A stretch of DNA of 64,000 nucleotides, from positions 1,643-65,642 of the forward strand of contig JBDTVS010000181.1 of assembly GCA_040007095.1 (NCBI GenBank), given 5' to 3'. The number at the start of each line of letters is the position of its first letter. The stretch's first letter is position 1. The translations under genes were made by a program, and so were the position numbers. The notes beneath the pieces are model-generated. The model was given only the letters and a program-made list of their open reading frames with translations. It did not search any database and was not told the origin of the DNA. The stretch is from Acidobacteriota bacterium (GTDB lineage Bacteria; Acidobacteriota; Vicinamibacteria; Vicinamibacterales; CAVVIG01). Of this stretch, positions 56,625 through 64,000 are shown piece after piece.

Positions 56625-58337
56625 GTGCGAAGATACTCGGCCTTGGGCCTGTCCACCACGTCAACGAGTACGGTCCGCCGCATCGCGATCTGGGCGCCCA
56701 TCCTCGCGGCCCTGTTCGTGTTCCGGCTGCTGTTCGGGCTGTCCAACGAGTTCTTCTTCGAGGACGAGACGCAGATCTTTCTCATGGGTCTGCGCTATTA
56801 CGCCACGGGGGCGTGGCCGTATTTTGGCCCCGATGTGGTCTGGACCAAGAGCGAGATCCCCGGCGCGCTGCAATCGTTGCTGGTCGGTTTTCCATTCAAA
56901 ATCGTGCCGGTGCCCGAAGCGCCGTTCGTGTTTCTCAATCTGATTTCGATGACGGCGCTTGCGGGTTTCGCGTGGTATCTCACAAGGCGACTCCCGTCGA
57001 TCCCCAGGTGGCTCGTGTGGGGCTGGTTGATGACGCTGCCGTGGACCCTCGAGTTCTCGACGCATGTCATCAACCCGTCGTACGTGCTGGCGCCCGCGCT
57101 CGTATTTTTCGTCGGCTTTTTCGAAGCCGTGCCTGTCTTCCGGCGGGGGCTGGTCCCGCTGCCGACGGCGTTCTTCATGATCGGCGCGGCGATCCCGTGG
57201 GTGCTTCAGGTCCACATGTCGTGGCCGCTGCTGCTGCCGTATGCCGCGCTCGCCCTGCTGTCGCGGCGGTCGGACGGCGTCGCGTCGCTCGCGCGGCACG
57301 CTGCCGCGATGCTGTGCGGTCTCCTCGTGTTCGGCGTCTTTCTGGTGCCGACCCTTTTGCGGTATGGCTGGCAGGCCGGAGGAGGCGGTACCGCCAGAAA
57401 CATTCACCCGCATTGGGTGAATCCGTGGGTTGCCGTTACAACACTGGCTCGCTTCTTTTCCTTTGCCAGCTTCGAGATCGCGCGATTCGTCGCGCCCGAC
57501 AGCGGCAAGCGTCTGGTGCTCTTCCTGCGGCATCTCTGGCTGGCGCCGATCGCGGTGATCGTGTGGATCCTCGGTGTCTGGCAGCCGCTGTGGATGCTGA
57601 AGGAATGGGGCCGCAGCCGCTCGCCATATGCTGAGTGGCCCGCCTTGAGATGGCTCGTCGCCGGCACGGTCGCCATCGTCTACGCCAGCTATTGGTTCGT
57701 CATCGAACCCCCGCAGGCCCATGCGTTCTATGTCGTGGCGCCCGTCGCCATGACGTTCGCCGCGTACTGCTGGACGTTCGTCGACGGTTCCCGCTGGCGG
57801 CGAATTGCGGCCGGCGGGTTGGCCGCGAATCTCGCATTCCACGCGGGACTGGCCCTGGCTCAGGCGCCCGACAAGTCGCTGTATCGAAACCGGACGCCCG
57901 TCGCCGCTGCAGTGCGGCTCAAACAGCCGGAGATGTTTGGCCATCGCCGGGCGTTCGCCGTAGATGGCGGGCCGCTGCTGCTTGACGATCCGTCCCGGCC
58001 GTACGACAACCGGCACGATATCCAGTTTTCCGCAGTGAACCGCCGGACTGGTCCGTATCGGGTCGTGCTCTGGACGCTGCGCCTGACGAACCACAACGAG
58101 CGCGTCGCCTTTCGAGACGTGCTCTACCAGACCGCGTATCGCGATGAGAGCGGACGAGTCGTCGACGAACGATACGACTACATCAAGGACATTTTTCAGC
58201 CCGGCGACGTGCGTGACATCGAAATCAACGATGGGATCGTCAGCGCTCGCTTTGCATCGGCGACTATTGTCATGGCCGGCGCCGAAGCGTTGCTCCCCGC
58301 TGTCCTCGATTCGCCGACACAATCGAGAAATCCATAG
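56625..58337 (+). CDS. Polytopic membrane protein, GT-C (ArnT/PMT-like) glycosyltransferase candidate
   Basis: Acidic EFFFEDE after the first TM, many TM helices, NPSY and QVHMS motifs, C-terminal soluble domain. Confidence 0.75.
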   Translation: MRRYSALGLSTTSTSTVRRIAIWAPILAALFVFRLLFGLSNEFFFEDETQIFLMGLRYYATGAWPYFGPDVVWTKSEIPGALQSLLVGFPFKIVPVPEAPFVFLNLISMTALAGFAWYLTRRLPSIPRWLVWGWLMTLPWTLEFSTHVINPSYVLAPALVFFVGFFEAVPVFRRGLVPLPTAFFMIGAAIPWVLQVHMSWPLLLPYAALALLSRRSDGVASLARHAAAMLCGLLVFGVFLVPTLLRYGWQAGGGGTARNIHPHWVNPWVAVTTLARFFSFASFEIARFVAPDSGKRLVLFLRHLWLAPIAVIVWILGVWQPLWMLKEWGRSRSPYAEWPALRWLVAGTVAIVYASYWFVIEPPQAHAFYVVAPVAMTFAAYCWTFVDGSRWRRIAAGGLAANLAFHAGLALAQAPDKSLYRNRTPVAAAVRLKQPEMFGHRRAFAVDGGPLLLDDPSRPYDNRHDIQFSAVNRRTGPYRVVLWTLRLTNHNERVAFRDVLYQTAYRDESGRVVDERYDYIKDIFQPGDVRDIEINDGIVSARFASATIVMAGAEALLPAVLDSPTQSRNP

Positions 58338-58540
58338 CCTCCCCCCTCCGACGCCAGACTTTGCCCGTCTGCCAGACGTAGCAGATACGGACGTCGCGCC
58401 GTCTTTGTTGACGGCTTGTCGGCGCTGGCGTCGGGTTCTGACGTGTCTGCGGGTGTTTTCATGGCGTCAGTAAGGCCTTGTACACGGCAACCTTCTTGCT
58501 GTACTGTCGCAGGTTAGACGGTATTCAGAGGAGGTGGCTC

Positions 58541-58648
58541 GTGTTTCATCCAGTGCCTCGCGCCGACCGTTGGGACGTACTGATCTCGAGTGCGGGATTG
58601 CTGATTGTCGCCGGCGCGCTGATCGCCACATTCATTGTGGGGAAGTAG
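58541..58648 (+). CDS. 35-aa single-TM microprotein (not in the ORF track)
   Basis: GAGGAGG RBS + GTG: MFHPVPRADRWDVLISSAGLLIVAGALIATFIVGK. Confidence 0.55.
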   Translation: MFHPVPRADRWDVLISSAGLLIVAGALIATFIVGK

Positions 58649-59010
58649 GGAGAGCAGCGCCGACCGAACCCATGAACCTGCGGCCCGGTGCGAAGCGACC
58701 GAGCCTCCAGGCGCACGAGTCGAAAACGTCACGATTTGGAGCTGATCGACCACCGTCGATGAGCGCTTCGTGCATCCCGCACGTGTACAGGTGATGGATC
58801 GTGTATAGTCGATCCAGTCAACAAGAACTGAGCCTGCCAGCGTTCGCGTAGTGCCCCCCTCAATCAGGGGCGCGCCGACCGGCCCAACTTCGGCCCCGTG
58901 TCGAGCGCGCGTAATACGACTCCAGACTCTCAGCCCGACTGTTTTACCCGCGGAGCGACCGGACTTCGCGACGCGCCAGGTCGCCTTTCCACGAAAGCAG
59001 AGTGCATCAC

Positions 59011-59235
59011 ATGTTCGAATCAATTGAGAGGCACACCGCCATCGGTGCCTGGATCGCGGCGCTGGTGGCGATCGCTGTCGTTGGCGCGCTGTCCGGCGTG
59101 TCCATCACGATGGGCGCCGGCATGATCTGGCTGGTGGCCTGCGTGGTGCCCTCGGCCGTGACACTGGCGGTGTGGCGTGGAGCGCCGCCGCCGACGGTCG
59201 CGGAAATCCTGCACACCGTCAATCGGCGCGGTTGA
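59011..59235 (+). CDS. Small two-TM membrane protein
   Basis: Hydrophobic hairpin followed by WRGAPPPTVAEILH. Confidence 0.65.
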   Translation: MFESIERHTAIGAWIAALVAIAVVGALSGVSITMGAGMIWLVACVVPSAVTLAVWRGAPPPTVAEILHTVNRRG

Positions 59236-59272
59236 TCGTCCATCGCGCTACACCCACGCAACTGAGGTATCT

Positions 59273-59407
59273 ATGTCCAGACGGAACGGGGATCGCGCAC
59301 GGTTTCACAAGAATCGCCGCAGCAAGCTGCGCCGTCGGCAACGTATTCGCGCCTTGCTTTCGGCGCTGCATCCCGAAGCCACGAACCCGCCTGTCGCCAA
59401 GCTGTAG
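59273..59407 (+). CDS. 44-aa Arg/Lys-rich basic microprotein
   Basis: GAGGT RBS: MSRRNGDRARFHKNRRSKLRRRQRIRALLSALHPEATNPPVAKL. Confidence 0.6.
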   Translation: MSRRNGDRARFHKNRRSKLRRRQRIRALLSALHPEATNPPVAKL

Positions 59408-59422
59408 AGAGGAAGGCGTGAT

Positions 59423-59932
59423 ATGAGCACTGACATCGCCGTGGCGGATTGGATCAAGCGGATCGCGGACGACGAGCAAAGGCGGGACGCTGTGCGTGTC
59501 CGCGAAGAGGAGACCGCGGCCCGGAAGGCTGAGCTGGTCAGTCAGCACGGCCGGCGCCTCCTTGACGAATTGCGCGTGACGGTCACGCGTGACCTCGAAG
59601 CGTTCCTGGGCCTCTTCTCGGGAAGTCACCTGCGCGACATTGTCCTGGAGGACATGGAGCTCGCCGGCTTCGTGGTTCGCAAATCGTCCCCCCCGGCGGT
59701 ATCACTGACGGTGGCGCCGCATCTGAACGTCGCTGCCCTGCGTTGTCACTACCGCTTCACGGCGAGCAACGGTCTCCCGCCGCGCGAGGATCGCCTCGAG
59801 CTGATGTTCGCGGAAGATGCCGACACCGGCGTCATGCATCTGAAGGATCACGGGACCGGCCAGGTCTTCACCACCCCCGACGCGCTGTCCGAGTTTCTGC
59901 TCGTGCCTGTGTTCACCGGCCGTCCGCGTTAG
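59423..59932 (+). CDS. Hypothetical protein
   Basis: AGGAAGG RBS, N-terminal coiled coil, coding-like composition. Confidence 0.7.
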   Translation: MSTDIAVADWIKRIADDEQRRDAVRVREEETAARKAELVSQHGRRLLDELRVTVTRDLEAFLGLFSGSHLRDIVLEDMELAGFVVRKSSPPAVSLTVAPHLNVAALRCHYRFTASNGLPPREDRLELMFAEDADTGVMHLKDHGTGQVFTTPDALSEFLLVPVFTGRPR

Positions 59933-59975
59933 GTGACCCACCTGCACCAGATCGCCGATCTCATAGAATGATCAG

Positions 59976-60326
59976 ATGCCAAAACTGACTGTCGAGGGAT
60001 ATGGAACGTTTGAGGTTCCATTAGAGAAACGACTGGTGCTTGCAATGGAGCAGGACGCCCACGTGGACGTGCTCCACGCCTGTGGCGGGAACGCACGCTG
60101 CACGACGTGCCGCGTCGAGTTCGTTGAAGGCGAGCCGACGAGGATGACCGTGGCCGAGAAGGAACGCCTCACCGCGAAAGGTCTCACGGGCGTGAGGCTC
60201 TCTTGCCAGATCGCCTGCGATCACGACATGACCGTCCGGGCGATCAGCCGTCTGGAAGGCTCGGGCCGACCCGACCCGGGCGCGACCCCGGACGCCGCCA
60301 TCACACCGCCACCACAGTGGGTGTGA
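59976..60326 (+). CDS. 2Fe-2S ferredoxin
   Basis: CGGNARCTTC...RLSCQ. Confidence 0.9.
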   Translation: MPKLTVEGYGTFEVPLEKRLVLAMEQDAHVDVLHACGGNARCTTCRVEFVEGEPTRMTVAEKERLTAKGLTGVRLSCQIACDHDMTVRAISRLEGSGRPDPGATPDAAITPPPQWV

Positions 60327-60559
60327 ACCCTCCTTCGCGCGTTTCCCCCCGATCGCTCTATAGTTCGCCAGCGTCCGACGTCCGCTGCAGTGTGAGCAGC
60401 GGCGTCCGGTCGGTGGGCGTTGCCGGCGAACGCTGAAATTGACCGTCATCCTCGACCCGAACGACGTCAGGCTGCCGTTCGGGACCGGGGGCGGGTTGGG
60501 GCGAGTACCGCCGAGCGCGCGGCAATTGCACCAGCCGCGCGAGCGTGATACAGGAGAGT

Positions 60560-61096
60560 ATGGCGAATACGTATCTGCAACGACTCATCGGCGCCGCCGC
60601 ATTGGATGTCGCCATCTACGAAGAAGTAGAAGCCGACGAGAGCGCAATGCTGCAGGCCTGCGCCACGGTGTTGCTTTCGAGCCTTGCCGCCGGCATCGGA
60701 TCTCGTGGGCTCGGCGGCAACACGGTGGCCAACATCGCGTTCATCAGCACCGCCGCGCTGCTGACCTGGGGCGCATGGGCGCTCGTGACGTACGGCATCG
60801 GCGTGCGCATCCTGCCTCAGCCGCAGACGCGCTCGAACGTCGGCGAGCTCCTTCGAACTCTGGGTTTTGCCACGGCGCCGGGCTGTCTACGAATATTGGG
60901 CTTTCTGCCCGGTGTCGCGATTCCGGTCTTTGCGGTGACCGCGGTGTGGATGCTGGCGGCCATGGTCGTGGCGGTGCGCCAGGCGCTCGACTATGACAGC
61001 ACGATCCGGGCTGTCGCCGTCTGCGCGATCGGCTGGACCATGGCGGTTGTGATGGTCATCGTGCTGGGCTTGATCTTCGGACCCTCGCTGTCCTGA
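60560..61096 (+). CDS. YIP1-family membrane protein
   Basis: AGGAG RBS, five hydrophobic helices, motifs LGFATAPG and VVAVRQALDY. Confidence 0.82.
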   Translation: MANTYLQRLIGAAALDVAIYEEVEADESAMLQACATVLLSSLAAGIGSRGLGGNTVANIAFISTAALLTWGAWALVTYGIGVRILPQPQTRSNVGELLRTLGFATAPGCLRILGFLPGVAIPVFAVTAVWMLAAMVVAVRQALDYDSTIRAVAVCAIGWTMAVVMVIVLGLIFGPSLS

Positions 61097-61200
61097 ACGG
61101 CAAAGGCCCTAGCGGCTGTAGAATTCGACCTGCCCAGCCAGGTGGATCCCGACTCAGGGGGCGTCCGTCAGTGAACGGATGGGCAGAGGAGATTCCGACG

Positions 61201-62463
61201 ATGCGTAGTCCATGTGCCGCGTTCTCCCTCTCGCTACTGTTGATCGGCGGCGCCACGGCGCACGCGCAGACTGGTCCGGCTCCCGCGTCGGGCTGGCGCG
61301 CGAGTGCGGCGGAGCCAAGAATCCCGCCGGTGGCCGAGAGCGAGCGCAGCGAGGCGGAACGCGCGCTCGTCGCGCGATTCGGAACCGGGGGACGCGCCGA
61401 CAACGACCTCGCGACGTACCTGCGTCACCCCGTGCTGGCGGCGAACATCATGCCGTTCGAGCGCTACATCGCGAACGAGTCGACGCTCCCGCCGCGTCAC
61501 CGCGAGCTGTTGATCCTGCGGACGGCCTGGTTGTGTCGTGCCGACTACGTGTGGGCGCATCATGCGGACTCGGCGAAGAAGGCCGGCATGACGGCCGAGG
61601 AGCTCGTGCGCATCGCGCGTGGCCCGGATGCCCCGGGTTGGGATCCGTTCGAGGCATCGCTGCTGCGTGCCGCCGACGAGCTGCATGTCAGCGCCTTTAT
61701 CAGCGACGGCACCTGGAACGCGCTGGCGGCTCGATACAAGACTCCCGAAATGATGGACGCCGTGTTCACCGTCGCCGAGTTTACGATGGTGGCCGGTACG
61801 CTCAATTCAATCGGCGTGCAGATCGAGGATCGCTTCAAGGACAGACTGCCCGCCAACATTCCGTCACACGTGGCCACGGCGCGCAACGACGAGCGTCTGA
61901 TCGGCAAGAACGCGCGCGTCACGCCGCTCGAGCCAGCGGAGTGGTCGCCGGAAGTTCGCCAATGGCTCGATCGCAGCGGCTCTGGCCGTCCGGTCGCCGC
62001 CATCTATCGCACCTACGCACGCCACCTGCCGATGGACCAGCCGCGCACGCAGGTCTCCGAGCACATCCGCCAGACCTCGACGCTCACGCCCCGTGTCCGG
62101 GAAATGTTGATCATGCGGATTGGCCTTCTGTGTCGATCGGAGTATGAGTGGGCGGCGCATGCGCCCGCCGGCCGGCGCACCGGCATGACCGACGCCGACG
62201 TTGACCGTGTGGTCAACGGTCCCGATTCTGGTGGTGGCGAGGTGCTCGAGATCGCGCTTCTCCGAGCCGTAGACGAGCTGTATCGCGATGACGTGGTGTC
62301 CCAGAAGACGTGGAGCGCGCTGGCTGCCGGCCTCGACACCAAGCAACTGCTGGACGTGCTGATCACCGCCGGCGGCTATCGGATGGTGTCGATGGCGCTG
62401 AACAGCCTGGGCGTGCAGCTCGAGCCTGGCGCGGTGCGCTTTCCGGCCTCCCTGTCGCGGTGA
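61201..62463 (+). CDS. Exported tandem carboxymuconolactone decarboxylase/AhpD-like protein
   Basis: GAGGAG RBS, signal peptide, two repeats (RELLILRTAWLCRADYVWAHH; REMLIMRIGLLCRSEYEWAAH). Confidence 0.88.
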   Translation: MRSPCAAFSLSLLLIGGATAHAQTGPAPASGWRASAAEPRIPPVAESERSEAERALVARFGTGGRADNDLATYLRHPVLAANIMPFERYIANESTLPPRHRELLILRTAWLCRADYVWAHHADSAKKAGMTAEELVRIARGPDAPGWDPFEASLLRAADELHVSAFISDGTWNALAARYKTPEMMDAVFTVAEFTMVAGTLNSIGVQIEDRFKDRLPANIPSHVATARNDERLIGKNARVTPLEPAEWSPEVRQWLDRSGSGRPVAAIYRTYARHLPMDQPRTQVSEHIRQTSTLTPRVREMLIMRIGLLCRSEYEWAAHAPAGRRTGMTDADVDRVVNGPDSGGGEVLEIALLRAVDELYRDDVVSQKTWSALAAGLDTKQLLDVLITAGGYRMVSMALNSLGVQLEPGAVRFPASLSR

Positions 62464-62485
62464 GGACGGGCGCAAAAAACCGGCG

Positions 62486-62552
62486 TTCAACGCAGAGCAC
62501 GCTGAGATGCATCAGGATTTCTCCCTGCGGTCTCCGCGGCCTCTGCATTGAA
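62486..62552. repeat. Nonamer-repeat palindrome between convergent genes
   Basis: ttcaacgcagag / ctctgcattgaa (11/12) enclosing cacgctgag and tctccgcgg units. Confidence 0.75.
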
Positions 62553-62595
62553 AGTCGAGAGCACAGGCCCGAAGATCTCGCCGCGCGGTTCGACG

Positions 62596-63669
62596 CTACT
62601 TCTCCTCGACCAGTTCGAGGGCCTCGTGGCTGGGGCCTTCGACCATTACCGCGCGCGATGCGCCGAACGCGTACGGCTCCCGCAGAAGCGTGACGTTCTC
62701 GCGTTTCAGCTTCGCCACCCACGCATCCAGATCGCGCACCGCCAAGGCCAGGTGATCGACAGCCTGTCCGCGGGTGCTGACGAGTGGACGATCGCCTGGC
62801 CGTGTGTACCAGAAAAGAGCGACGTCCCCATACGCGCCACGCCCGCTCGGCGTCCGCCTGGTGCCTTGCTTCATGGTCGACGGCCAACTCGGCTCACCAG
62901 GCGGCACTTTGCAGGTGGCCTCGGTGGGCGGCGCGGTTTCCCCCCGAGGTGCGCGGCGTGTGCTGCCGAGATGCTCCTGGTACCACAGTTCCGCGCAGAC
63001 CGGATCGTCCTGCCACATGTCGATCTGGGCGAGGCGCCCGGTTTCGCCGGCGCGCTCGAAGCCTTCAACCGATAGCCCTTCGGGTCCGTGCGTGAAGGTG
63101 AAGCCGGCCTGATGTGTCGGCATCACGCCCTTTGCTTTTGCCTCGGCGAGCGCGGACTTGGTCAACGATCCGGCGAAGGTGTCGCTGCTGATGTCCACGT
63201 GATTGCCCTCGTCGGACGTGTAGAGCGGCTCAGGCTGCATCTGGTTCGCGCGGGCGCGCGCGACATACTCCCGGACGTTCGGCGTCAGCCAGACCTGATG
63301 CCAGTACGCGCTCTGCGGTTCGCGCGGAGCCGGCGTGTTGACCTTGGTGAAGAGGAGATACGCCTTGCCGTTCTTGACGCCATCGAACCCTGCCAGCGTC
63401 GTTTTCTCCGTGGAGTTCGGCCACAGCTTGAGGTAGCCCGCGATGGCCGCGGCCGGGTTGGTCGAATTCAAATGCAGGTGATGAAACACCGGCTGGGCGA
63501 GCGGCGCAGTTGCCGGTGCCTGCGTCGCCAGCACCACGGACCCCATGGCTGCGGCAGCGATCAGCGCGACACTCGCGGACGGAACCCTCCGTGCGTGCCG
63601 GGTCCGCCCGCTGGTTCTCTCACACGACCGGTTTGAAACTGACCCACCATCGACGGGTGTGGTGTTCAT
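62596..63669 (-). CDS. Exported VOC/glyoxalase-fold protein
   Basis: Motifs FHHLHLNSTNP, DHLALAVRDLDAW, GPSHEALELVE. The true start may be further downstream. Confidence 0.8.
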   Translation of the reverse strand: MNTTPVDGGSVSNRSCERTSGRTRHARRVPSASVALIAAAAMGSVVLATQAPATAPLAQPVFHHLHLNSTNPAAAIAGYLKLWPNSTEKTTLAGFDGVKNGKAYLLFTKVNTPAPREPQSAYWHQVWLTPNVREYVARARANQMQPEPLYTSDEGNHVDISSDTFAGSLTKSALAEAKAKGVMPTHQAGFTFTHGPEGLSVEGFERAGETGRLAQIDMWQDDPVCAELWYQEHLGSTRRAPRGETAPPTEATCKVPPGEPSWPSTMKQGTRRTPSGRGAYGDVALFWYTRPGDRPLVSTRGQAVDHLALAVRDLDAWVAKLKRENVTLLREPYAFGASRAVMVEGPSHEALELVEEK

Positions 63670-63864
63670 GAAAAGGTTGCTCCGTCAGAATCTGAGCTGT
63701 ATCGCGAACTTGACGAGGCGTCCGGGACAATCGCCTGCGGGACGTGGCGGACAATCGAAGGCCACACCAGGCGCTCAGTCCGGGGTGGCCCTCGAATGTC
63801 ACGCGACAAACTATTGTGGACTAGTACGACTGTGGTACTCCTTCAACGTATACAGGTCACGAGC

Positions 63865-64000
63865 CTATCGCGTTGGCGGCAAGGCGGCGCTGATCGCCGA
63901 TACGCCGTCGGCCCCCGCGATCTTGCAAATCGGATGAGAAAAGTCGTAGGCGAGGCTGGGATTGGCGACGAGGCCCTGATAGTTGATGTTGTCTTTCTGC
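63865..64000 (-). CDS. C-terminal end of a protein starting outside the window
   Basis: Open frame QKDNINYQGLVANPSLAYDFSHPICKIAGADGVSAISAALPPTR-stop. Confidence 0.35.
   Translation of the reverse strand, partial: QKDNINYQGLVANPSLAYDFSHPICKIAGADGVSAISAALPPTR

Noticed and set aside
58196-58462. 88-aa minus-strand ORF MKTPADTSEPD...
   Set aside because: It overlaps the 3' end of the membrane protein gene by about 140 bp, with no motif and no clear RBS.

Overview
GC-rich bacterial DNA, most likely Acidobacteriota of the Vicinamibacteria/subdivision 6 type. That is an inference from the Oar-like TonB receptor C-terminus, carboxypeptidase-regulatory-domain proteins, secreted ankyrin and CRTAC1 proteins, and GTCCGGCT-N2-4-AGCCGGAC REP elements. 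About 60 plausible CDS; no rRNA, tRNA, CRISPR array, integrase or transposase was seen. Layout: (i) 1-3.3 kb, TonB receptor end plus three exported proteins of unknown function. (ii) 3.4-17.6 kb, an aromatic-catabolism region (gentisate 1,2-dioxygenase, FAH hydrolase, LigM-type THF-dependent O-demethylase, extradiol dioxygenase, aromatic-acid MFS, two MetE-like Zn enzymes), broken by a truncated SDR stub and a block of exported proteins. (iii) 17.8-24.7 kb, NmrA, a beta-hydroxyacid dehydrogenase and a 2-oxoacid/acetoin dehydrogenase E1a-E1b-E2 set with an atypical M24 enzyme inside it. (iv) 25-36 kb, accessory redox genes (Rieske-FAD reductase, TsdA-like cytochrome, PQQ dehydrogenase, IorAB-type Mo enzyme) mixed with small proteins (omega-like, cold-shock domain, RRM, Zn ribbons) and non-autonomous mobile remnants. 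(v) 36-64 kb, GH36, ankyrin, zinc peptidase, glnK-amtB, exported paralogue pairs, GH13, glutathione peroxidase, a BNR propeller + MoaD/ThiS pair, a second small-protein island, and exported CMD and VOC proteins. Best candidates for undescribed biology: the LigM + gentisate + double MetE-like module, the E1/M24/E2 operon, the TBDR + Cys-pair family + half-site MBL operon, the omega-like + cold-shock pair, and the propeller + ubiquitin-like pair. All functional calls come from motif recognition by eye; no database search was run.
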